Assembly (NCBI GenBank): GCA_963665235.2
Contig: CAXXLX010000001.1
Coordinates: 3,008,001-3,072,000, forward strand
Reading direction: 5' to 3'
Source: Candidatus Poribacteria bacterium
GTDB taxonomy: Bacteria; Poribacteria; WGA-4E; WGA-3G
DNA: 64,000 nucleotides
Shown here: positions 1 to 8,736 of the stretch, piece after piece
How positions within the stretch are numbered: position 1 is the first letter of the stretch
How the letters are laid out: each line of letters starts with the position of its first letter
The notes under the pieces: model-generated
The model's database searches: none
Told to the model about the DNA's origin: nothing
The model's input: the letters and a program-made list of their open reading frames with translations, nothing else
Translations under genes and position numbers: made by a program

Positions 1-585
1 GGAAAGTACAGCTTTACGGTCATCTTAGGGCTTGCTATTCACGGTGTAATCGTTTTACCAGTGTTGCTGCTACTTATCGGTCGGCGAAATCCGCTCAGCT
101 ATGTGAAGGGGATGGCGACCGCGTTGCTCAATGCGTTTTCAACTGCGAGTTCCAGCGCAACCTTGCCATTAACAATGGAAGGGGCTGAACACCAGAACGG
201 TATTTCTAACCGCACTGCCAGTTTTGTGTTACCGCTCGGGGCGACAATTAACATGGATGGCACCGCGCTCTATGAGGCAGTGGCTGTTATGTTTATCGCC
301 CAGGTGTACGCAATTACGATGCCGCTCCCGCAGCAAATTATTATTGTCATGACCGCGACACTCGCTGCTATAGGTGCTGCAGGTATTCCGGAGGCTGGGC
401 TCGTCACGATGGTTGTCGTGCTGAGAGCCGTTGACCTACCGATTGAGGGGATAACCCTCATTCTTTCTGTTGATTGGCTGCTCGATAGGTTCCGCACTAC
501 TGTCAACGTTTGGGGCGACAGTGTTGGTGCTGGTGTCATTGAAACGTTGGAAGCCAAAGGTGATTCAACGCCAGCGGCAGCGTAG
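1..585 (+). CDS. Dicarboxylate/amino acid:cation symporter (DAACS/GltP family), 5' truncated by the window edge
   Basis: Motifs [29 protein letters not shown] and [16 protein letters not shown] are DAACS signatures; the frame is open from the window start. Confidence 0.93.
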   Translation, partial: GKYSFTVILGLAIHGVIVLPVLLLLIGRRNPLSYVKGMATALLNAFSTASSSATLPLTMEGAEHQNGISNRTASFVLPLGATINMDGTALYEAVAVMFIAQVYAITMPLPQQIIIVMTATLAAIGAAGIPEAGLVTMVVVLRAVDLPIEGITLILSVDWLLDRFRTTVNVWGDSVGAGVIETLEAKGDSTPAAA

Positions 586-627
586 CATAGCGCAGAACAG
601 ACGCAAATTCGGAACATAATGTAGATT

Positions 628-690
628 TTTCGGGGAGGGGTAAAACCCTCCCCCCTTTATCCTCCCACAATCGGGGGGGAATGCGTAAAT
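628..690. repeat. GC-rich palindromic intergenic repeat (CCCCCTTTATCC..CC type); related copy at ~32287-32325 in the opposite orientation
   Basis: ggggaggggtaaaaccctcccc hairpin followed by ccccctttatcctcccacaatcggggggg; similar to the reverse complement of ctccccccgcctgcggggggataagggggg. Confidence 0.55.
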
Positions 691-715
691 CCTATAATTG
701 TAAACTTTACCACAG

Positions 716-2928
716 ATGAGTACACAAAACGAAACAACCTCACAGCAATCACCGCTTAGTGGTGCAACGATTCTCGCTATTCTGAGCGTCGCGCTCGCGG
801 CGGGATGGATTGCATTTGCCTACTATAAGAGCGGCAGTACCGATGCAGATGGAAATCGGATGCTACTTCTGCACCCGATAGTGCCAATTCTGCTTACCGT
901 GCTGCTAATCAAGGTTTACCGATGGGTTGACATAAAATTTATCGTCAACCTTGAAATTGTGATGATAGTCTTATGGGTTTTTGTTCGGCTGTTAGGTGTG
1001 CTCATGCCGTTCATCCTCGGCTTCGGATTCGCCTATCTCTTCAGATTTCTCTGGAACGTACTTCCGTTCCCTAGGCAGTATCAACGCGCAATCGCAACCT
1101 TGATAATTATCCTCGCCTGTATCGGCCTATTTTTCTATACAGGTAAACAGATGACCAATCAAGCGAAACAGATGACAGCAGGTTTGCAGAAGTTTTACTA
1201 CAAAACTATCCAACCTTATGTTTTCGGTGAAAAGCTTAAAGCAATCGCTATCGGCGTAGAGGGTGACACTGAGACACTTTATCGCACCCAAGGGCTTTAC
1301 CTCATAAAAGGGAATGAACCCCTCGGTTCTAAGTCCAGCATTCCTACTGCTCAACTTATTGACAGACCGATACAAGCAATTGCGGTAGGTGAAAACCGTA
1401 TCTATGCGGGCACGCAAAGCGGGCTCTATTGGCGTGACAAAAACGACGATGCATCTATATGGAAAAAGGTAGAGAAGACACCTTTCGGTAATCTTTCAGT
1501 TCAAGCTGTCAACATTCCGAATTGGGACAGTACCCACATCTATGTCGGAACATCTGAGGGGTTGTTTAAAAGTGAGGATTCGGCTAAGAATTGGAGCGAA
1601 CTTGAGCCAACAATGTTTGGGGACCTCTCAATTATCAGTATCGTTTCGCTTGAGGATACCCCCGGGGGTGGCCATGGAGCAAGCACGCCTACCGACGAAA
1701 ATAGTAAGTATATCTATGTCGCTATCAGGTCAACTTCCGAGCAGGACGAGCCGGGTACAGGGGCAACAGTGTATCGGCAGCTACAAAATTCCGACCGTGG
1801 CTGGGAACCGCTCCTTATGAGCAATCTCCCTTATCTCTATACGCTCGCTGCTGGAGATAGGGAACCTGCTCAACTTTACGCTGGCACGGCGAACGGCATC
1901 TATCAATGTAATACACTTCCGGAATGGCAGGAAATCGAGAACGGCGAAAAACAGGCAACGCTGTCTCTTGAATGGCAGCAAACAGAGGGAACAGAGGTAT
2001 TATCAACCCCTATTTCACTTTTAATCACAACCCCCCTGGGAGTATACGCTGGCGATGAAAAACAGCTCTGGTATCGTACTATAGACGCAAACGGTGCTGG
2101 AACTGAGCCGAATGAACAGAGTGCTAACGATTGGGAAAACTATTTTAAGATTGAAGCGGATGGTGTTCTGGATACATACAAAGATAACACTATTGTGATG
2201 CAGGTCAAATCATATTTGACCGAAAAAATACCGACGCTCGCCCAAAAAACGGGCACCGTCTTCAATTTCGCGGGTTCTCTCGCTTCGCAGCTCGGTGGAT
2301 TTCTCGCCACAGTGTTTCTCGGATTTATTGTTTTTGTCTATGCGAGTCAATCGTTTGAGAACTATTTTCGCAGTTTTACCGACTTTGTTCCAGAAAAACA
2401 TCGTGAGGCTGTCAAGGCTTACCTGATTGAAATTGATAAGAACATGCAGCAATTCCTGAAGGGACAGGTGACAGTCATCGCGATTGTGTCGGTAATCTCC
2501 TGTATCGCTTATGGCGCAATCGGTGTACCTTTCGCGCTACTCATCGGCCTACTAGCAGGGTTTTGTAATGCTATTCCGACTTTTGGGCCTTTTATCGGGG
2601 GGGGTTCGCGTTCTTGGCAATGATTATGGGCTTGGCAGCAGGCGATTTTAATCTCATCGAATTTCTCATCCGCTGTGCCTTTGTCTTAGGTGCCATCTTC
2701 GGTATTCAGGCAATTGACAATTCGCTCATCTCACCGAAGGTGATGAGCAGTGCCGTAGATGTTGACCCGTTGCTCATTATGTTCGCTGTTATCGTTGGTG
2801 CCGCAATACTCGGTTTTTGGGGTGTCCTGCTTGCAATTCCGATCATCGTCGTGATAAAATCTGTTGTTGCCATCTCAAAAACTGCTGAAGACGAGACAGC
2901 AGACGAACCTGCTCTGGAGGAACAGTGA
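716..2928 (+). CDS. AI-2E (PerM) family transporter with a large inserted beta-propeller-like soluble domain; frameshifted at the G-run ~2597-2604 (ORFs 716-2623 and 2614-2928)
   Basis: N-terminal TM helices, C-terminal AI-2E motifs (FLKGQV, LLAGFCNAIPTFGPFIG, then DNSLISPKVMSSAVDVDPLLI in the next frame). The middle has repeated IYAGT/IYVGTSEGLFKSED motifs. Confidence 0.82.
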
Positions 2929-4274
2929 TGGAAAATCAATCTAACGTTGTCGCAATTGTCGGTAGACCTAACGTAGGAAAATCGTCCCTCTTCAATCGAA
3001 TTACAGCAGAAACCCGACCGAGCCGGACACACCCGAAACGGGTCGCTGTCGTCAACGATACACCGGGCGTAACCCGAGACCGAAATTATGCAGACGTAAA
3101 GTGGCGTAAACAGCCCTTCACGATTGTAGACACCGGGGGGCTGGACGTTGACCCCGATGACCCGCTTATAGATAACGTTCAACTTCAGGTAGAGCAGGCA
3201 CTCGCGGAGGCACTCCTTATCCTGTTTGTCGTCGATGCCCGGGACGGTATTATGCCCCACGATTCGATCGTCGCGGATAAACTCCGAAAGGCGGGCAAAC
3301 CCATTCTCCTCGTTGTCAATAAGGTCGATGGCGAACGTTTTGAAAACACGGCTGCTGAATTTTACGCACTCGGATTGGAAAACCTAACCCTGATTTCGTG
3401 TGTCCAAAATATCGGTATTCGTGAGCTGCTTGACAAAGTGGCAGATGCGCTCCCTGAAACTGCTGACACCTCGGAAGAGGGGGTTGAGCCTATAAAAATT
3501 TCTATCGTCGGCCGGCCGAACGTCGGTAAATCCTCTATTCTTAATTCGCTGCTCGGCGAAGAGCGTATGATTGTGGATAATCGCCCCGGTACAACGCGCG
3601 ACGCTGTCAATATACAGCTTCTCTACGAAAACGTCCCGTTTGAATTGGTTGATACGGCGGGGATGCGGCGAAAATCCGCAATTAAAAATGAATTGGAATC
3701 CGCAACCGTACAACGTGCTATCCACAGCATACGCCAAAGCGACATCGCTACCTTGGTCCTAGATGTTACACAGGAGATAGCACAACAAGACAAAACTATC
3801 GCCAGTTTTATTGCACGACACGGAAAAGCCTCTGTGTTAGTCCTCAATAAATGGGATTTAATTGAGAAGGATAACACAACCCACCAGAATTTTATGGCGG
3901 ATATTGCTGCAGAAGTTCCACAGCTAAATTATGTTCCCAAGGTTTTCATCTCCGCATTAACCGGACAGCGCGTCACAAAGATCCTTGATATTGCCCTTGA
4001 CGTTCATCGTGAATATTGCACCCGTATTCCGACTCCTGCCCTTAACGAATTGCTTATAGAACTACGGAACGCGCATCCGCCGCCACGTGTAAAAGGCACA
4101 CGCCCGGCACTTAAATATATCACCCAAGTTGAGACGCGCCCGCCGACCTTTCTCATTTTCGGCAGAAATGTGCATCGGGTCCGACCCCCTTATACAGCCT
4201 ATCTGATTAACAACATCCGGAAAGCCTTCGGGTTTCACGGTACCCCAATTCGTCTTTTTTATCGGAGGAGTTAA
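2925..4274 (+). CDS. der: Ribosome biogenesis GTPase Der (EngA)
   Basis: Two G domains (GRPNVGKSS twice, DTGG/DTAG, NKVD/NKWD) and a KH-like C-terminus ([10 protein letters not shown]). Confidence 0.97.
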   Translation: MMENQSNVVAIVGRPNVGKSSLFNRITAETRPSRTHPKRVAVVNDTPGVTRDRNYADVKWRKQPFTIVDTGGLDVDPDDPLIDNVQLQVEQALAEALLILFVVDARDGIMPHDSIVADKLRKAGKPILLVVNKVDGERFENTAAEFYALGLENLTLISCVQNIGIRELLDKVADALPETADTSEEGVEPIKISIVGRPNVGKSSILNSLLGEERMIVDNRPGTTRDAVNIQLLYENVPFELVDTAGMRRKSAIKNELESATVQRAIHSIRQSDIATLVLDVTQEIAQQDKTIASFIARHGKASVLVLNKWDLIEKDNTTHQNFMADIAAEVPQLNYVPKVFISALTGQRVTKILDIALDVHREYCTRIPTPALNELLIELRNAHPPPRVKGTRPALKYITQVETRPPTFLIFGRNVHRVRPPYTAYLINNIRKAFGFHGTPIRLFYRRS

Positions 4275-4280
4275 GGTGCG

Positions 4281-4305
4281 GCGGGTTGGGAGACCCAACC
4301 CCTAC
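4281..4305 (-). repeat. GTAG-type REP palindrome
   Basis: Reverse complement reads gtaggggttgggtctcccaacccg, a GTAG tetramer followed by a hairpin. Confidence 0.7.
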
Positions 4306-4319
4306 GAGCTATTGGTTTA

Positions 4320-4418
4320 TGGCTGTTGACTTATAGCAGGAAGTCTCTAACGCGTGTCAAAAACCTGCTTAGAATCACAACCTCTTGCTAATTGCCATTT
4401 GCTAATCGCCATTTGCTA
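4320..4418. repeat. Dispersed intergenic repeat with TGCTAAT-like heptamer units; second copy at ~45480-45585
   Basis: ggctgtt..cttat...gtcaaaaacctgcttag...ctcttgctaattgccatttgctaatcgcc aligns with ggctgttagcttat...gtcagaaacctgtttag...ctcttgctaatcgccaattgctaattgctaatcgc. Confidence 0.65.
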
Positions 4419-4431
4419 TATGAGGTATACC

Positions 4432-5403
4432 ATGGCACAGAAAAAGATTTTTATCACGCGTCCCATCCCGGAACCGATTCTCGTTAAAATTCAAGCTGAA
4501 TACGATGTTGACATGTGGCACACCAGTGCCATCCTGCCCCCTATCGCTGAAAAAATTCCACCGCTTGATGGATTGATGACCTACGGACATGAATTGGTCA
4601 CAGCGGAGATGTTTGACACTGCGCCTAATCTCAAGGTTGTCTCTGTTGTCGGTGTCGGCTATGACCATGTCGATGTAGATGCAGCGAGAGAACGCGGCAT
4701 CGCGCTCGGACACACCCCCGGTGTGCTCAGCGACACCACTGCGGATATGACCTGGGCACTTCTGCTCGCTGCCGCGCGAAATGTCGTACCCGCCTATACC
4801 CACGTCCAGGTCAACAAACAGTGGCACTACTACGACCCAAATATTCTTTGGGGGTATGATGTTCATCATGCAACTATAGGGATTGTCGGTATGGGACGTA
4901 TCGGGTATGCTGTTGCAAAACGGGCCCTCGGATTTGACATGAACGTGCTTTATTACAAACGGAATCGCCGACACGATTGGGAAGATGAACTCGGTATTGA
5001 ATACGTTGAACTGGAACATCTCCTGAAGGTTTCCGATTTCGTGACGCTCCATGTTCCGTTGACAGAAGAGACGACTCACATGATTGGTAAGGCAGAGTTT
5101 GAATTGATGAAACCGACCGCTGTTTTAGTGAATATCGCCCGTGGGCCTGTCGTTGACCACGATGCCCTCTATGACGCTCTCACAACGGGACAGATCGCTG
5201 GTGCCGCGCTTGACGTAACTGAACCGGAGCCGATTAACACCGCTCATCCGCTTCTTGGGTTAGATAACCTTATCATTGCCCCGCATCTCGGCAGTGCCAC
5301 TGTCCAAACGCGAATGAAGATGGCAACGATGGCGATGGAGAATTTATTCGCTGGGTTGAAGGGTGAACAGTTGCCTTACGGGGTGCTGCAGCCACGGGGA
5401 TAG
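4432..5403 (+). CDS. D-isomer-specific 2-hydroxyacid dehydrogenase (glyoxylate reductase / D-glycerate dehydrogenase)
   Basis: VGYDHVD, GIVGMGRIG Rossmann motif, VNIARG, AALDVTEPEP, PHLGSAT. Likely start is MAQKKIF after gaggt. Confidence 0.92.
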   Translation: MAQKKIFITRPIPEPILVKIQAEYDVDMWHTSAILPPIAEKIPPLDGLMTYGHELVTAEMFDTAPNLKVVSVVGVGYDHVDVDAARERGIALGHTPGVLSDTTADMTWALLLAAARNVVPAYTHVQVNKQWHYYDPNILWGYDVHHATIGIVGMGRIGYAVAKRALGFDMNVLYYKRNRRHDWEDELGIEYVELEHLLKVSDFVTLHVPLTEETTHMIGKAEFELMKPTAVLVNIARGPVVDHDALYDALTTGQIAGAALDVTEPEPINTAHPLLGLDNLIIAPHLGSATVQTRMKMATMAMENLFAGLKGEQLPYGVLQPRG

Positions 5404-5536
5404 TAAAAGCTGTTAGGTGGCAGAGTCATTTAGTCCGGTAAAGACGAATTGACTCCCTCGGTTTTTTAATCGAATTGCATTTGTCATCGATTTTTGTTAG
5501 AATTGCATTGTATGTAAAAGGCGGGTTAAGCGTCCC

Positions 5537-5960
5537 GTGATAGACCCAAGTCTAAAGACTTGGGCTTCCGCAAAGTTATGCGAAAGCATTTGTGGCTTCA
5601 AGCGACATTGCTTTTGTTCTGAGAATGTCAAAAACAAAAGTCTGACGATGCCTAAGCACAAGGGACGCTACCCCGCCCCCGCCCCGAAGTGCCTTAAAAA
5701 ACGATTTGATGTGTTACGACTTACATTCTCGTGGGATACAGCATTACCTGGATTTCCCGAACACATGACAAGCATATTTTAGATATTTATGAGGTGTGCA
5801 GGCTTTTACGTAGTTGTCTCAATATCAAGCAATATACCAGTGCATCAACTCACAACCGATGCCGAACACTATTTAGTTAGACGTGAGAAACCGAAAAAGG
5901 TTTAATGAATATAGGCGCCGCTACTACATCCCAGACCTGAAGGATTGGGTTTTGTAGCGG
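5537..5960 (-). mobile_element. Non-autonomous, degenerate IS200/IS605-family element (PATE-like tnpB remnant)
   Basis: Subterminal hairpins cccaagtc-taaa-gacttggg (5545-5564) and cccagacc-tgaa-ggattggg (5930-5949, enclosed by ccgctac/gtagcgg). The minus strand ends in TCAC. No intact ORF. Confidence 0.6.
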
Positions 5961-5983
5961 AACGTTGATAAAGGAGAGAAAAA

Positions 5984-6490
5984 ATGAAATTAATCGTAAT
6001 TTTGAGTGTAATCCTTTTGCTCTTTATCGTGCCTGCGTTTAGCGACCTCACCCCAGATGATATTAACATGCTTCGTTTGATTATCAAAGAGGAGGTTGAG
6101 TCGGCGATTGGGGCATCCGAGATAAGGATGAAAGAGTATATCTCTCAGGAAATTAAGTCGGCGATTGGGGCATCCGAGACAAGGATGAAAGAGTATGTCT
6201 CTCAGGAAATTAAAACTGTCAATGTCACAATTTCGGAAATGGACAAACGTTTGAACCAGATTTTTGCACTAGTAATCGGTTTAATCGCGTTAATCGTAGT
6301 TGTCGTTGGAATTCCCCAAATCATCGTTACATTACAGCGGAAAGAGGTGCGCGCCCAGGACGAAAAGCTTGAAGTGCAGCAAAGACAACTTGAAACGCAG
6401 CAAAAACAACTTGAGGCGCAGCAAGAGCAGATTAAAACGTTGCAGCGACAGCTGGAAGCACTTCCGCAGGAACGCGTTGTGGGCCCTTAG
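5984..6490 (+). CDS. Hypothetical protein: signal peptide, coiled coil, one TM helix, Q-rich coiled-coil tail
   Basis: RBS aaggag, hydrophobic N-terminus, internal 19-aa duplication, IFALVIGLIALIVVVVGIP TM segment. Confidence 0.8.
   Translation: MKLIVILSVILLLFIVPAFSDLTPDDINMLRLIIKEEVESAIGASEIRMKEYISQEIKSAIGASETRMKEYVSQEIKTVNVTISEMDKRLNQIFALVIGLIALIVVVVGIPQIIVTLQRKEVRAQDEKLEVQQRQLETQQKQLEAQQEQIKTLQRQLEALPQERVVGP
6099..6212 (+). repeat. 57-bp in-frame tandem duplication within the CDS
   Basis: agtcggcgattggggcatccgaga(t/c)aaggatgaaagagtat(a/g)tctctcaggaaatta occurs twice. Confidence 0.9.
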
Positions 6491-6550
6491 TGCTTAGACC
6501 GCATCAACGACGACATCAAATGTCGGATAGGGTTGCGAAAATGAACGCTG

Positions 6551-7639
6551 CTAACGCCGACCCGTACTTACTCGCTGAAACTCCGCCAGATATGCTTGGC
6601 TGATATCCGGATTGTTTTTGATAATCAGAAGGTTTTCACAGTTTCGAATCGCAGCATTTTTTGAGAAGTTGTATGAACCGGTAATCACCGTCTCTCCATC
6701 GATAATCATCACCTTATGATGCATCATCGCATTATTTTTATCCTCGAGTACTAGGATGCCCGCCTCTTTCATTGATTCATATTCGGAATGTTCATTAATC
6801 TGTCGCTCTTCAAACACCCCCGCCACTGTGATTTTGTTTTTAAAACGTTCGCGTATCGCCGCGCCGAGTTCATCGTGTGTAAACGAAAACGCCATGAAAT
6901 AAATTGACCGCTTTGCGGACGTAATCTCTTCTAAGAGTGCTGAAATCGTGTTGTTTTCGGGGGAGAAGTAGGTAAAAACCTGTGTACCATCGCTTAGCGT
7001 CACCTGTGGGTGTGGAATACGCTTCTCGGACCTTCTACCGAACTCTCCATCGTTAAACATTTCCTCGAATTCCCATGTAAAGTTATCGGCAAGCTTCACC
7101 GAATTGAGGTAGATGACGTTATTGTTGTTCTTATGAGCCCCATTATAAGTTGTGTTGTAAGACCCAGTCCAGACGTATCGCTTGTCGATGACGATAAATT
7201 TGTTATGCATCAAACCCGTGTATCCCGCATCATCAACTACAGGGATGCCTTCCGCCTGCAACCGTTCAATTTGCCTTTCACCGGCATACTTAGCTTCGGT
7301 AACAAGCCTGACCGTCACGTTGCGTCCGTGTGCCTCAATGAGAGCATCGGCTATCGGTTTAGAATTGAGTTGCTGCAGAGCAGCATCAATGCCTATCTCC
7401 GCTGCTGCAAGTTTTGCAACGAGCCGTTTTTCAAGCGAGTGCGGGTTATTCACATCAACTTCTCCAGAAACTTCGCTAAAGTAAACCTCCCACGGGCTGT
7501 CGGGGCCGACTATCGGTTTTCCTATATAATTGCAGAGGAAGCCGAGTGCAACGGCACCAAACGAAATCAGCAGGAACAGTATAAACTTTGTGCCCCAGCT
7601 CTTGGGTTCTGTGTTATTTGTGCTTGTATCGGCATTCAT
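6551..7639 (-). CDS. Phospholipase D superfamily protein (two HKD motifs), membrane anchored
   Basis: HNKFIVID...WTGSYN and HHKVMIID...ITGSYN, plus an N-terminal TM helix. Start MNADTST follows the upstream gene. Confidence 0.88.
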   Translation of the reverse strand: MNADTSTNNTEPKSWGTKFILFLLISFGAVALGFLCNYIGKPIVGPDSPWEVYFSEVSGEVDVNNPHSLEKRLVAKLAAAEIGIDAALQQLNSKPIADALIEAHGRNVTVRLVTEAKYAGERQIERLQAEGIPVVDDAGYTGLMHNKFIVIDKRYVWTGSYNTTYNGAHKNNNNVIYLNSVKLADNFTWEFEEMFNDGEFGRRSEKRIPHPQVTLSDGTQVFTYFSPENNTISALLEEITSAKRSIYFMAFSFTHDELGAAIRERFKNKITVAGVFEERQINEHSEYESMKEAGILVLEDKNNAMMHHKVMIIDGETVITGSYNFSKNAAIRNCENLLIIKNNPDISQAYLAEFQRVSTGRR

Positions 7640-7643
7640 AACT

Positions 7644-8534
7644 CTATACCCCCCACCTTCGCCGTGAATCTTTGAGCGGTTCGAGCTGTGCCTGCTGTTT
7701 CTTCCACCTGTAATGTCCCTTCGGTTTGTCCCCAATCCATCGTTCATCTGCTATTTCTGCTGCGAGTTGATAGCGGGTGTCCGCCGTTATCCGGACTTTG
7801 TTGGAGGTATTAACAAGCGAAGCGTGCATAAGGAACATACTGAAGATAACAACATCGCCTGCTGAAAACGTTGTAGTTGCCCAGCGGCCCCCGAATTTCT
7901 CAATAACTTCAATCGGATTATCGCTAAAGTGTCCCTCAATCAGGTCACGGTCAACATCTGCCTTTCCGTAAGTTTCGCGTACCTTTTCAAATCGGTTGGA
8001 ACCGAGGCAGAAAACGATGGGCCCCATGTCCAAAGAGACATCCCCGAAGGGTGTCCAGCAGGAGTAGAGATTTTGTGTCCCTCTCCCCATAAAGACGATA
8101 TCGCAGTGAATCGGGGAGCCAGCACCGGGGCCCGCGGTACGGAGCCACTTAAAATCGAACGTCAGCGCGTTGCCCCCGAGGAAGTGCTTGAAAAAGTTCA
8201 TCACCGGTGCCCCTTCGACTACCGCTTTGAATGCTGGCAGCTGCGTCAATGCTATGTTTCCCATTGACCCGGTTGAGGTCGGTTCAGGATAATCTGGATT
8301 GAAAATACCATCCATCAGTGGGGTATTTGGTGCAAGCATGTCCTTCTCTGTGAGTTTCTCCAAAATCTGCCGCCGTGCAGCGAGAACAGTTTCCGGGTCA
8401 TGTAGCCCGCGGATAAGCAGATAGCCATCCGTTGCTATCCGTTCTTGAAGTGCCTCGGGGCTATCGAGAATATCGTTGCTTTCCCGTAAATCGGTGCTGA
8501 CTTCCACTTCCTGATGCAAAAAAGGCAGTTTCAT
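7644..8534 (-). CDS. Phytanoyl-CoA dioxygenase (PhyH) family Fe(II)/2-oxoglutarate oxygenase
   Basis: DGYLLIRGL, HCD (HxD) motif, GDVVIFSMFLMHAS, RITADTRYQ. Confidence 0.88.
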   Translation of the reverse strand: MKLPFLHQEVEVSTDLRESNDILDSPEALQERIATDGYLLIRGLHDPETVLAARRQILEKLTEKDMLAPNTPLMDGIFNPDYPEPTSTGSMGNIALTQLPAFKAVVEGAPVMNFFKHFLGGNALTFDFKWLRTAGPGAGSPIHCDIVFMGRGTQNLYSCWTPFGDVSLDMGPIVFCLGSNRFEKVRETYGKADVDRDLIEGHFSDNPIEVIEKFGGRWATTTFSAGDVVIFSMFLMHASLVNTSNKVRITADTRYQLAAEIADERWIGDKPKGHYRWKKQQAQLEPLKDSRRRWGV

Positions 8535-8535
8535 T

Positions 8536-8731
8536 TTTTTAATATTTCCTTGCGGTTTGATAGGGCTGGGTTCTTAGAGAACGTCCATCGCCATATATCC
8601 AGCGCGGCACGTTGTTTGCGCTTACTTTTCTGATTTTTAATATTTCCTTGCGGTTTGATAGGGCTGGGTTCTTAGAGAACGTCCATCGCCATATATCCAG
8701 CGCGGCACGTTGTTTGCGCTTACTTTTCTGA
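8536..8731. repeat. Perfect 98-bp direct tandem duplication in the intergenic region
   Basis: tttttaatatttccttgcggtttgata...gcgcttacttttctga at 8536-8633 and 8634-8731. Confidence 0.95.
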
Positions 8732-8736
8732 CTATC

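Noticed and set aside
5537-5782. 81-aa ORF as a real gene
   Set aside because: It starts within the terminal hairpin of the IS remnant and has no RBS or homology cues.
4402-7675. Long antisense ORFs such as 4402-5079 and 7010-7675 (and similar ones elsewhere)
   Set aside because: They shadow well-supported genes on the opposite strand and have no motifs.
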